A DNA stretch of 33,316 nt from Welwitschia mirabilis (lineage: Eukaryota). Positions 1 to 10,965 of the stretch are shown here, piece by piece (the stretch's first letter is position 1; each line of letters begins with the position of its first letter). Location: NCBI GenBank assembly GCA_051453625.1, contig JBOZIK010000001.1:44860581-44893896 (forward strand). Reading direction: 5' to 3'. The notes under the pieces were generated by a model. It was not told the DNA's origin and did not search any database. It saw only the letters and a list, made by a program, of their open reading frames with translations. Both the position numbers and the translations under genes were made by a program.

Positions 1-684
1 TGTTTTAAGGGGTTAACTAGTTAGAGTAAAAGCAAAACATTTCAAACTATTTTATAGATGTTACTCCTTTCATTTCTAGTCATTAGAATGTCAGATTCAC
101 TTTTTAATGTAGTAAAGTTATCTCTTATATTAAAAACTGAATAGGAATCTTTTACCTACCGATATTTCTGAGAAACGCACATTTGTACTATTGATATCTA
201 TTAATCAAAAGTAATCTACTAAGCTTGTACTTATGAAATACTTTTCAAACAGTGTATTCCATTATTGTTATACTCTAGATTTGGTGAAGCCAATGCACTC
301 AGGCATGCTACCCTTATCAAATGATTTATGTTATAAAGATTCATACTAAGTATTATAAAGTCCATTTGTAAAGGTTACAGGTTGATCTAAAAACCTAGAA
401 AGAAAGCAACAAGGATCTAGATCAACTTAAGTTTGAAGCTAATAGCTAAGAGAAAAGCAAGGCATTTTCGCAAATCACTACAAGCTATTTTGTTTGGTGC
501 ACATTTCTTAGTTTTTAATTTCAATTATTTTTAATGTTATCTATTATTAAATTTTTTCTAATATCTTTTTGATTTATTTTCAAATATATTATTATATTCT
601 TATGAATAAGTTTTAATAGTAATATCTTTGCATAAAACTTATAAACCCCCTCTCCCCCCTTTTCTAGAATTTGTAGATCCTTCA
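1..684 (+). mobile_element. 3' part of an LTR (Sirevirus-like copia) inserted into the 3' LTR of the next element
   Basis: It ends in a C-rich tract followed by ...GATCCTTCA (646-684), resembling the reverse complement of the LTR end at 9461-9495. Homology to the other LTR copy (from about 9737) starts abruptly at 685. No PBS follows, so it is a 3' or solo LTR; CACAA (685-689) would be the target-site duplication. Confidence 0.6.
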
Positions 685-2052
685 CACAATACTAAAAATG
701 TGTACATAGGTACAACCACAATGTGAGATGCTCCTTACAAGGTAACAATCTCTTCCTCTTAGGGAAATACCAATACTAAAATAATGCAAGTGCTCACAGG
801 CGCTTATAAAGAATACCTATACAAGGGTTGGCTTACAGTAAGGAATCCTAGCAAGGAATGTTTGAGTTTTGATAATATGAGAATAGACTATACAATAATA
901 TTCAAGAATAAGATAGTCTAACAATGTAATATCTGATAAATAAATATAACAACAAGTTTGAATGATGTATCTTTGAAAGAAAAATAATATCTTTATTATC
1001 ATTGTCATTACAAGTGCTAAAAGTAATGTAATAATGTAGGATCCAATGAAAAAAAGATGTTATCACTTATAGATTTGTTAAAAATGATATCTTGATGCTT
1101 CATGAGCAGATCCAATCACCCATTCATTTGTGCATTTTTTGCTCTGCACTCAATTTATTTTATCTATTCTATTATGTCATGCTTTTATAACATTTGAGAT
1201 ATTCTAGCTGTTTGCCTTAGATAGTAGCCATTTAAACTTTATAACTATTATGCAATGGATAGGAGAATTTAGGCATTGGATGTGCATCTTTTTTTTAAAT
1301 TTGACATGAACCTTTATTAAAGACATCTTCAAAATTATATACATTTACTAATAGTCAAATGTCTGTCATATGATAGACATCTTTAGTTAATTTGCCTAGA
1401 AATTGATAAAACTTACTATGTATTATCTTTGACCTTCCATGATCATGAATCCATGATGCAAATCTTGATAGCTTCTCTAAAAGGTAAAATATTTGTTAAA
1501 GTATAAATTAACTCTATTAGCTATTATATTCTAGCATAGAGATCTTTAAAAATGTAAAAATCTTTCATCTATATTAGATTCATCTTTTAGATAGTTATCT
1601 TTATTAAAATAATTATCTTTGAGCTCTGATTTGAAATCTAGTATATTATAGATGTCTTTAAGTTATAGACATCTTTATCATAGACATCTTCTAATTTATA
1701 GATATCTTATCCATAGATGTCTTCCATTATGTAAACATCTTCAATTAACTAATTTGGAAATTTTANNNNNNNNNNNNNNNNNNNNNNNNNNNNNNNNNNN
1801 NNNNNNNNNNNNNNNNNNNNNNNNNNNNNNNNNNNNNNNNNNNNNNNNNNNNNNNNNNNNNNNNNTATGTAAACATCTTCAGTTAACTAATTTGGAAATT
1901 TTAATTCTAAGCTACAATTTTTGTTACATATCATCTTAAAAGTTTGATGTTGACTTATGCTTATTATGATATAATTTTTTTTGCATTAACATATCTAAAC
2001 AGTGGCATAAAATATTTAACAAGTGAAATCATCAAAACTAGATTTACCAACA
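685..2052 (-). repeat. 3' LTR of the SIRE element (interrupted at 684)
   Basis: Direct repeat of 9737-10965 that ends ...TTTACCAACA at 2052 next to the PPT. Manual comparison of 1411-1520 with 10464-10573 gives 15 mismatches in 110 bases, 13 of them transitions. Confidence 0.9.
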
Positions 2053-2068
2053 ATCTCCTCCTTCTTTA
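2053..2068 (-). other. Polypurine tract adjoining the 3' LTR
   Basis: The minus strand reads TAAAGAAGGAGGAGAT immediately before TGTTGG, a decayed form of AAAGGGGGAGAT. Confidence 0.8.
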
Positions 2069-2640
2069 TGATGTTCAAAACTTGACAAATCTCATTAGTG
2101 CAATTACATTCAATCAACTAAATTTAGATATTCATGTTTAAGTTAAAAAACTAGATANNNNNNNNNNNNNNNNNNNNNNNNNNNNNNNNNNNNNNNNNNN
2201 NNNNNNGAATAAACATGTAAAATAGGGATTTAGAAAGACACATAAATATTTGTTAATTCCAAATAAGAAAATTTACAACTAATCAAGTAAAATATGCTCA
2301 TAGCAGTGGGCAAACAATAAAATTAAAGCATAGCATTTAAATGGTGGGCTAATAAGAAATAATAATAAAGAATGAAAATGTTTCAATATTTAAAGTATTA
2401 TAATAACAAAATGTGCCTAATGACAATAATGGTAGAAATAACAAAGCATGACAATGTGTGTTAAATAATCAATAGTGATCATCAATGAATAATTACATCA
2501 CTCAAAAAAACTAATACATCATCTTATAGTCAAGTACTTCTTGCTGAAATAGGATGTATATGCTACAATTGATTTGCCCAACTAATTTATTATTCCAACT
2601 GATTTGTCATCCCAATTAATTTACAACTAATTTGCCATTT

Positions 2641-2655
2641 CTTCTCCCCCTTTTT
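2641..2655 (-). other. Second (upstream) polypurine tract
   Basis: The minus strand reads AAAAAGGGGGAGAAG; multiple PPTs with an AGGGGGAG core are a Sirevirus hallmark. Confidence 0.75.
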
Positions 2656-2689
2656 GAATAGCATATAAAAGGAGTCAATCACTGAGTCA

Positions 2690-4355
2690 CTAGTATAATA
2701 CATGTATTCTCCTTATTCATTACTACCATTATCACTATCATGAGTAGTGTATGTCTAAATGGTATAAAATAATGATGATGCAAGTGATGGCATGTGACAC
2801 TTTCTAAAAGGATGCTGAGAGGTCTCACCTAAGCCCTCATAGGTCTATATCCTTATACATTAGTACATTTGAGAAGTGATGTACTTCCTAAAGAAGCTAG
2901 CTATGGTGGTTTCTACAAATAATGATGCTAGAATAATGGTAAGCAATGGTACATAAATGGGCTTTATGAAAGATGATGGCAATGATGACATACATAGTGG
3001 AGGTAAAGATGGTATGTGCATTGGGGATAATGAATGAGAAGGTAATGATGGCTGAGTAGGATGATGAACTAGAATATTGTAATGTGGCTAGTAGAATGTA
3101 AGAAGCTGAATATCTAAGCTCTTTGACTCTATTTCCTATTTCCTTTATGATGGACCTAGATCTTATTGCTCCCCCTCAACCTGTGCATGCGTTAGAGCAT
3201 GGTGCTCCCTTAAACCAATGCTTCATCTCCTGATGACTCTATAGAATCATTATCTACTACTCTCCCTGAGTTATAACATATTCCATATGGATCTGGAGGT
3301 GCTTCTTATTATGATTTATCCTTAAATTCTGCCATGTGGGAATCCTCATGGATTTCCAACTCTCTACTGGTACTTCACATTTGTTACTTATGTACCTTTT
3401 CTTTTTCAACCTTAATAAATTTCTACTAATTTTTTCAATCATCTTTTCTATTGCTTTTAACCCTTTCTTGATGGGTAATGAACTATGAGTGGCTTTGGAG
3501 TAAGATCTCTATAACTATAATGGCCTTCTACTTGTACCCTTACTTGGTGACACTAGTACTCTTCATCTTTTACTCAACTCAGCTAGAGGTCTCTTCTTAT
3601 GAATAAAATTTACTTAAGGAACTAATATGTTGGCATTGCCAATGGACAAGAAAATTAAACAAGTGTGACTCAAATTTTGATCCTTTCAAAATATTGTAAT
3701 GATGTTCATGTACAAAATAAATCACAAATCTATCTTTAAACCAGTAAATCAATAGAATATAAGAAATGTTTGCATTGGTTTGTAATAACTATGACTACTA
3801 TCTTTGAATAGAATATTATAAAATGTAATTAAAAAAAGTATGAAAGTATCAGGAATCATGTCTTTATGCTTTATATTTTTAATAAAAGTCATCTTAGAGT
3901 ATCTAAACAAAATATTTCTCATATTTCTCTATGATACATTGATAGCTCATGAAGTAAAAACTTCTTTAAATTAATGAATATACACATGAGGGAGCTCAAA
4001 ATCATCAATGCCAAGTATTAAATTAATAAAACTAGGAGTAAGGTGTAATTAAGTACCTCAAACCTAAGTCTAGAATTTCCCTATGTTATCATCTACCTTA
4101 TATATGTTGGCATAGAATTCCCTCACCATTGAATCTAGTATACTCTAACCTATCTTAGCAATCATGTCCATCTGAGCTAAGATAAGTAAGTTACAAGATA
4201 ATCTTTCCTTTTTTTTTGAAACCCAAATGTTATTTCTACAATTATAGAGTTTCTTACCTAAATCTTGTACCTTCTTGAAGTTACCTCATGGTAAAAATGA
4301 GGCTCATATTGAGATTTTTATTACTCTATTACTTGTTCTTTACTTCTTGAGGCAT
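2690..4355 (-). pseudogene. env-like extra ORF (putative plant transposon protein domain), disrupted
   Basis: VREFYAN motif at 4126-4106, followed by LTPSFINLILGI, then FYNILF...GLKIDL*FILY...NLSHTCLI, and a Pro/Ser-rich C-terminus. It lies between pol and the PPT and has many stops. Ends are approximate. Confidence 0.8.
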
Positions 4356-4484
4356 CAATAGACTTTCTTCTAACTATTTTATGAAAGATATATATAAATT
4401 TAAATCACAAATAAGTAAAATATAAAGAAATAACTAAAAATGAGTGCCTAAAGTAAAAATAGTAGCTATTCTTTCTTACTATGA

Positions 4485-4928
4485 AGATGTCTACTAAAAT
4501 AAAGCTATCTTGCTAAAGAAATCTAAGAATATTAGACTTGATAAGTGCTTTAAAAGGGACATCTATTGAGTGGATACTTGAAAATGAGAATTGGTAGTCC
4601 CTTTTGAAAATAAAAAGAACTAAAATCTTAGGTTTTTAGCATGTTGTAATTTTTGTAATAGTACAAGAAAGATATCTACATATTAAAATGACATATAAAA
4701 CATGAAAAGTAGACATCTACATCATGAAGGATATCTACTATTAAAAAAATTTTAATATATTTTCCGCGCTATCAAGATGTCTACCAATTTAAAGACATCT
4801 ATTTTAAAAATATTAAAAAGCATTCCTAATCTTCAAAGATATCTAAAATATTAAAGATGTCTACTCCAAAGATGTCTATAAATCTAAAGACATCTCTCTA
4901 ATAGAAATCTATAATACTAAAGACATCT
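4485..4928. repeat. Array of palindromic AGAYRTCT motifs between pol and the env-like ORF
   Basis: Motifs, some with one mismatch, at 4485, 4557, 4670, 4711, 4729, 4775, 4793, 4837, 4855, 4870, 4888, 4903 and 4921. Confidence 0.85.
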
Positions 4929-5119
4929 CTCATAAAATTTCTATAAAATTCAAAATAATTTAGGAAATATTATCATAATAGTAGTACTTCAAAAACCAAA
5001 GTAATATGCATAGAATTTACCCATTTTATATTTAACTTTAATCTCAACTCATAGGTAATTGGAAAGTGGAGTTAAGATTTAAATGATAATACTTAACAAA
5101 TTTATCTAATTGGATAAGA

Positions 5120-5335
5120 CCTAATCCCCAAATTCCTATATAATTTTACAAACCTTTTAGTACTTAATAGTTTTGTAAATACATTAGTAAGTTGATCTTT
5201 TATACTGACTTATTGCATTGTGATGTCCTTGTTTTGAACATATTCCCTGTGAAAATGATGTTAGATCTTAATATTCTTGATTCTTGAGTGTTTTATTAGA
5301 TTTTTTTTAATATGTTAATGATGAGTCTACAAAAT
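5120..5335 (-). pseudogene. C-terminal remnant of copia RNase H
   Basis: Translates as INI...HSRIKNIKI*HHFHREYVQNKDI...DQLTNVFTKLL...RF, matching the consensus INISKNP.HSRTKHIDIRHHFIRE...QLADIFTK.L. Confidence 0.85.
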
Positions 5336-5344
5336 TCCTTTATA

Positions 5345-7660
5345 TAGCTTTGAGTTTGAATACCACAAAGTGGACTACCTATAATATTACTTGTAGAGTG
5401 ACTTCTTTTTAGTCTGATCATGTTTGAAGAAGTATCCTTGATTGTTTTTCCTTCTTCCTTCTCACTGTCTTTTTAAGCTTGAGAATGACTAGATATTTGA
5501 TGAATCTACATNNNNNNNNNNNNNNNNNNNNNNNNNNNNNNNNNNNNNNNNNNNNNNNNNNNNNNNNNNNNNNNNNNNNNNNNNNNNNNNNNNNNNNNNN
5601 NNNNNNNNNNNNNNNNNNNNNNNNNNNNNNNNNNNNNNNNNNNNNNNNNNNNNNNNNNNNNNNNNNNNNNNNNNNNNNNNNNNNNNNNNNNNNNNNNNNN
5701 NNNNNNNNNNNNNNNNNNNNNNNNNNNNNNNNNNNNNNNNNNNNNNNNNNNNNNNNNNNNNNNNNNNNNNNNNNNNNNNNNNNNNNNNNNNNNNNNNNNN
5801 NNNNNNNNNNNNNNNNNNNNNNNNNNNNNNNNNNNNNNNNNNNNNNNNNNNNNNNNNNNNNNNNNNNNNNNNNNNNNNNNNNNNNNNNNNNNNNNNNNNN
5901 NNNNNNNNNNNNNNNNNNNNNNNNNNNNNNNNNNNNNNNNNNNNNNNNNNNNNNNNNNNNNNNNNNNNNNNNNNNNNNNNNNNNNNNNNNNNNNNNNNNN
6001 NNNNNNNNNNNNNNNNNNNNNNNNNNNNNNNNNNNNNNNNNNNNNNNNNNNNNNNNNNNNNNNNNNNNNNNNNNNNNNNNNNNNNNNNNNNNNNNNNNNN
6101 NNNNNNNNNNNNNAACTTTGAAATTAAACTTTTTCAACTTATTTTTTAATTCAAAATAAAACACTTTCACCCAAATATATGAAAGTAACTTTTAAATAGT
6201 TTCTTACTAGACCAAAACTCATATGAATTTTAAGAAGTAAATCATATTACAAGAACTATATTTGATATGTAACAAGATATAGTAATGGCTTCTACCAAAA
6301 AGTGATAAGATAACTTTTTGTCATGCATCATTATTCTAGTAATTTCATTAAATACTCTATTCTTTCTTTCTACCACTTCATTTTGTTAGGGAGTTCTTAT
6401 CGTAGAAAATTAATGTATAATATCAAACTATTTATAAAAATCTTTGAACCTTGCATTTTTTTTAATTTCACAACATTGTCAATTCTTATCATGCTTATTT
6501 TTTAGCCTTTTTAATTTTGTAACATGATGCACAACTTCAAGAAAGCATTAAATGCCTCATTCTTGTGTGTAAGGAAGCCTACCCATGTAAAATAAGAACA
6601 ATCATCTATAAGAGTTAAATAATACATTTTCTTACCTAGACTTTCTGTAGATGAAGTACCCATAATATCAAGATGTAAAAGATCTAAAGGCATTTAGTTT
6701 AGATAGTATTTTTCTTACTGAATCTTTCCCTTATCTGCTTCCCTTTCTAACATGTTTACAAAATTGATTATCAATGCTTTTTAGCTTTGGAAGCCCTGTT
6801 GTCATTTCTTTTATAGATAATATTTTGAGTAGATATTTGTTCAGATGNNNNNNNNNNNNNNNNNNNNNNNNNNNNNNNNNNNNNNNNNNNNNNNNNNNNN
6901 NNNNNNNNNNNNNNNNNNNNNNNNNNNNNNNNNNNNNNNNNNNNNNNNNNNNNNNNNNNNNNNNNNNNNNNNNNNNNNNNNNNNNNNNNNNNNNNNNNNN
7001 NNNNNNNNNNNNNNNNNNNNNNNNNNNNNNNNNNNNNNNNNNNNNNNNNNNNNNNNNNNNNNNNNNNNNNNNNNNNNNNNNNNNNNNNNNNNNNNNNNNN
7101 NNNNNNNNNNNNNNNNNNNNNNNNNNNNNNNNNNNNNNNNNNNNNNNNNNNNNNNNNNNNNNNNNNNNNNNNNNNNNNNNNNNNNNNNNNNAAGTCCTGT
7201 TGCCATTTCTTTTATAGATAATACTTTGAGTAGATATTTGTTCAGATGTCTAAGCTTCCTATGCTAAAGCTCTACTTCACTTGTTTTTCTTAATAAATAC
7301 TTGGTTTCATTGTTAGAAATATCTTGTAAAGTAGTAATATAAACATTTAACTTTCTTATGCTAGCATATAAAACTTTTATTAATTTTTGTTCTCTAATGA
7401 TACAATTATCTATGTAAAAGTAATAGAAAAATTTACATTACATAGTTAACTAACACTTACTAGATTATGTTGCAAATATTTTATGAAGAATCCATCTTTT
7501 ATTTCTAGTACATTACCTCCTCTTATATTTCCAGTATCTTTGATAAGTACTTCTGTGTTATCTCCAAAAGTTACTACTCCCTTATCTTATTTCACCAAGG
7601 TGGTGAATTTGGATTTATATCTAGTCATGTGTCTTGAGCATCCACTGTCTACATGCCAAG
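5345..7660 (-). pseudogene. pol: Copia pol: aspartic protease, GAG-pre-integrase, integrase core and linker (disrupted, contains two N gaps)
   Basis: WHVDSGCSRHMT (7658-7623), VTFGDN, L*HRKLRHLN (about 7270), the ORF 6511-6693 PLDLLHLD...LIDDCSYFTWVGFL, RTP*QNEVVERKNR (about 6390), YFHIFG*KCFIL, and linker HSTSNIIGSP..GIQTQS (5400-5347). Confidence 0.93.
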
Positions 7661-7699
7661 CATGCTTCTTCACTACTCTTAGTGCAATTTGTGCTAAAA

Positions 7700-9408
7700 G
7701 TAATGTTTTTGGTTTTGGAACCCATACTTTCTTTGGTTTATCCTATACAAAACATTATACCATTCCTTTATGTCTTTTGGCATTATTAATATAATATTTA
7801 TTTTTGAATTTTAATGGAAAATTATATTGGTAATGACCTCTATTATGGCAATAATAGTAGATAATATTACTTTAAACATTAAATTCTCATACCTTGGCTT
7901 TTAATTCCATTTTCCAAATAAAGAGGAGATAAATCTTGTTGAGGCTTCATTGTGTCCCAAGCTACTTTTTTTTATTTCCTTACATAAATTTCTCATTGAT
8001 TTTATTTGAGTCTAATAGTTCCTATTTTACATTATTTAAATCACATGTTAGTTTTCTAATCTTAGCTTTAAGAGCTCAATTGTCAAAAGATAATTTATTT
8101 CAAGCACATTTTTCTTATTTGTAAGCTAATTCATGGGTATGAAGTACTTTTTCATCTTAGTACATACCTTTTGCAATTTAACAAATTGTTTATAAATTAG
8201 ATCATACCTTTTTTAAAGATCCATACGTGTGTCATCTTCACTTTCTGATTCATCTGCTTCTTTTGCCTTATTTTTTTTCTCTTGAAGATGTACAATGTCC
8301 ATGTAAGAAGGATGATTTTTGTCATTATTAGATGTTTCTATCTCCAGTGCATCATCATAATCATCCTATCCTATGAAGAAATATCTCCTTCTCTTTGGCT
8401 CTTTCTTTTGTGCCTTTTCCTGCATCCTATTAGAACTAGGACATTTGAAGGATATATGTTCTTGTCCTCCACATATCCAACATTTTAGCTTGAAAACATC
8501 AAATTTAGAAGAAAATAAAGTGTTACTAGAGATTTACTTTTAAACTTACTGTTACCTAAAATCTAGATTATTTTTTGTGGTCCTCCTTTTTGTTGTATTT
8601 GCATGAGAGAATTCTCTTGACTTGCATTATGATGAGAGTGAGTTCTTCATTTACATCTTCCTCAAAATTATCTTCTTCTGTTCTTATTTTATCTTTTCTT
8701 TTGAGCCTTCTTTTGTTCTTTCACTGGTTTTTAGAGTAATGAATGTTTATTGTAAGACACCATCTTGGATGAGATTCATCTCATAGACTGTTAGAGTACT
8801 TTGTAATTATTCTATCTTCATGGACTTGAAATATTTTGACTCTTCCATGGCTATTGTCTTGGACCTGTGTTCAAGGGTTAGTGATGTAACAATGTTTTAT
8901 ATTACCTGGCCTCTAAAAGAATTTCACCAATGCCACATATTGCATTTGTAATGTTGGATACTTTTATGAAATACTCATGAACTCTCTCTCCATTATTTTT
9001 TTTGAGATTTTCAAACTAGTTCATCCATACAAGAAGCTTTGACTATTTGATAATATAAATTCCTTTATTTATTTGGATAAGAACATTTTATATCTCTCGT
9101 GTCATCTTACAACTTGCTATTCTATTGAACTCCTCCATTATAAAAGCTAAATAAAGTGAATTCTTGACTTTAAAGTCATACATAAAGGCTGCCTCTGCTT
9201 TGTCTTCCTAAACATTTCTTTGATTGATTTGTGTTATCATGTTATCTTCATCATCTGTTATAGTCTTTATGGGATTTGTATATCCTTCTTTTATGCTTTT
9301 TCATACTTAAAATTCAAAATATTATAAGTGCAACCAAATCTTCATCTTTTAATAAGCATAGTTAGTTTGATTAAAGAGCAGAGATTTGACAGATGGCATC
9401 TCTTTCAT
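7700..9408 (-). pseudogene. gag: Copia/SIRE gag (disrupted)
   Basis: N-terminal LFNQTNYAY*KMKI, zinc knuckle CWICGGQEHISFKC (8482-8441), a decayed second knuckle YYCHNRGH (about 7858-7834), and the SIRE-typical KVWVPK (about 7720). Confidence 0.88.
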
Positions 9409-9446
9409 AGTTCACTTAAGGAAGTTACTTCTTTTCATGAGTACCC

Positions 9447-9458
9447 ATTCTAATACCA
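9447..9458 (-). other. Primer-binding site (tRNA-iMet type)
   Basis: The minus strand reads TGGTATTAGAAT two bases after the LTR end, versus the consensus TGGTATCAGAGC. Confidence 0.85.
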
Positions 9459-9460
9459 CT

Positions 9461-10965
9461 TGAAGATCATTAAACTTAAATGAAAGGGGTGAATGAGTTC
9501 TATCCAAAAAAATTTCATCAACATCAAATTAAAAAATAGTATATTAAATACCTTACCAAAATAACATGGTTCCCTAACCTTGGTACGTCTAAACATGGAG
9601 GGTAGCCTCCTATCACATCTTTGTATATTCTTAACTTACAAAGAATAGTGATATTATGGAGCACCATTAACCTTATAAATAATATGAGAGTTTTCTTACA
9701 AGGTAGCACTTTTATTTTCTTTAAGGATACCAATAATACAATACTAAAGATATGTACATAGGCATAACCACAATGTTAGATGCTTTTAAAAAGGAAACAC
9801 CTTTTTCCCCTTAGGAAAATACCAATAATACAAGAACACAAATGCTTGCAAGCACTCATAAATCATACCTATATGAGGGTTATCTTCTAATAAGGAATCC
9901 TAGTAAGGGATCCTTGAGGTTTGATAATATAAGAATGGACTATATAAAAATATTAAAGAATAAGATAGTTCAACAATATAAGATCTAATAAATAAATACA
10001 AAAACAAGTTTAAATGTTGTATCTTTAAAAGAGACATTGATATTATTATCATCATCATCATCATGAGTGCTAAATAATGATGCAATAATATAGGATCAAA
10101 TAAATGAAAGATGTAGTTACTTATAGGTTCCTTGTAAATGATAGCTTGATGCTTCATGAGTAGATCCAATGACCCATGCATTTGTATGTTCTTTTTTATA
10201 TACTTAATGTATTTTATTAGTTTCACCACATTATGCCTTTATGCTATTTGAGAGACTCTAGCTATTTGATCTCAGGTAGTATCCATTTAAACTTTGTAAT
10301 CATCGTGCAATGGATAAGAGCATCTAGGTGTCATCCATGCATCTTCTTTTTAATTTTACATGAACCTTCATCATACATGTCTTAATAATTGTAGATATTT
10401 ACTAATAATTACACACCTCTCACATGGTAGATGTCTTTAGTAAAGTTGCTAAACACTAATAAAACCTACTCTGTATTATCTTTGACCCTCCATGATCATG
10501 AATCTATGATGCAAATCTTGATAGCTTTCCTAGAAAGTAAAGTATTCATTAGAGTACAAATTAACTCTGTTACCTATTCTAGTTTAGCATAGATATCTTC
10601 AAACATGTAAACATATTTCATCTATGTTAGACCCATATTTTAGCATAGTCATCTTCATTGAGAGAATCTTTGACCTATGGTTTAAAACTTGGTATATCAT
10701 AGATGCCTTTACACTATAGATGTTTTTACTATAGATTTCTTCCAATTTATAGTTGTCTTCTCTATAGACATCTTCAATTCTATAGATATCTTTAGTTAAA
10801 TGATTTGGAAATTTCAATTCTAAGCTAATATTTTCATGAGATATAATCTTGAAGATCTAACATTGACTTATACTTATCATGATTTGATTTTATTTACATT
10901 AACCTATCTATACAATGGCATAAAATATTTGATAAGTAAAATCATCAAAACTTGCTTTACCAACA
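9461..10965 (-). repeat. 5' LTR of the SIRE element (about 1.5 kb)
   Basis: TG...CA termini (TGAAG at 9461, CAACA at 10961-10965), adjacent PBS, a C-rich signal near the 3' end, a TATA-like CTATAA near 10125 on the minus strand, and a palindrome array at 10701-10791. Confidence 0.92.

Larger units (their letters stand above)
685..10965 (-). mobile_element. Degenerate Sirevirus/SIRE-lineage Ty1/copia LTR retrotransposon with env-like ORF; RT deleted
   Basis: Paired LTRs (685-2052, 9461-10965), Met-type PBS, gag-PR-INT-RNaseH order, an extra ORF after pol, and AGGGGGAG-type PPTs. Confidence 0.92.

Noticed and set aside
7483..7794. 103-aa plus-strand ORF
   Set aside because: It is the antisense shadow of the copia protease region.
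10048..10063. (ATC)5 microsatellite, plus the (TA)n run near 11858
   Set aside because: These are trivial short slippage repeats.
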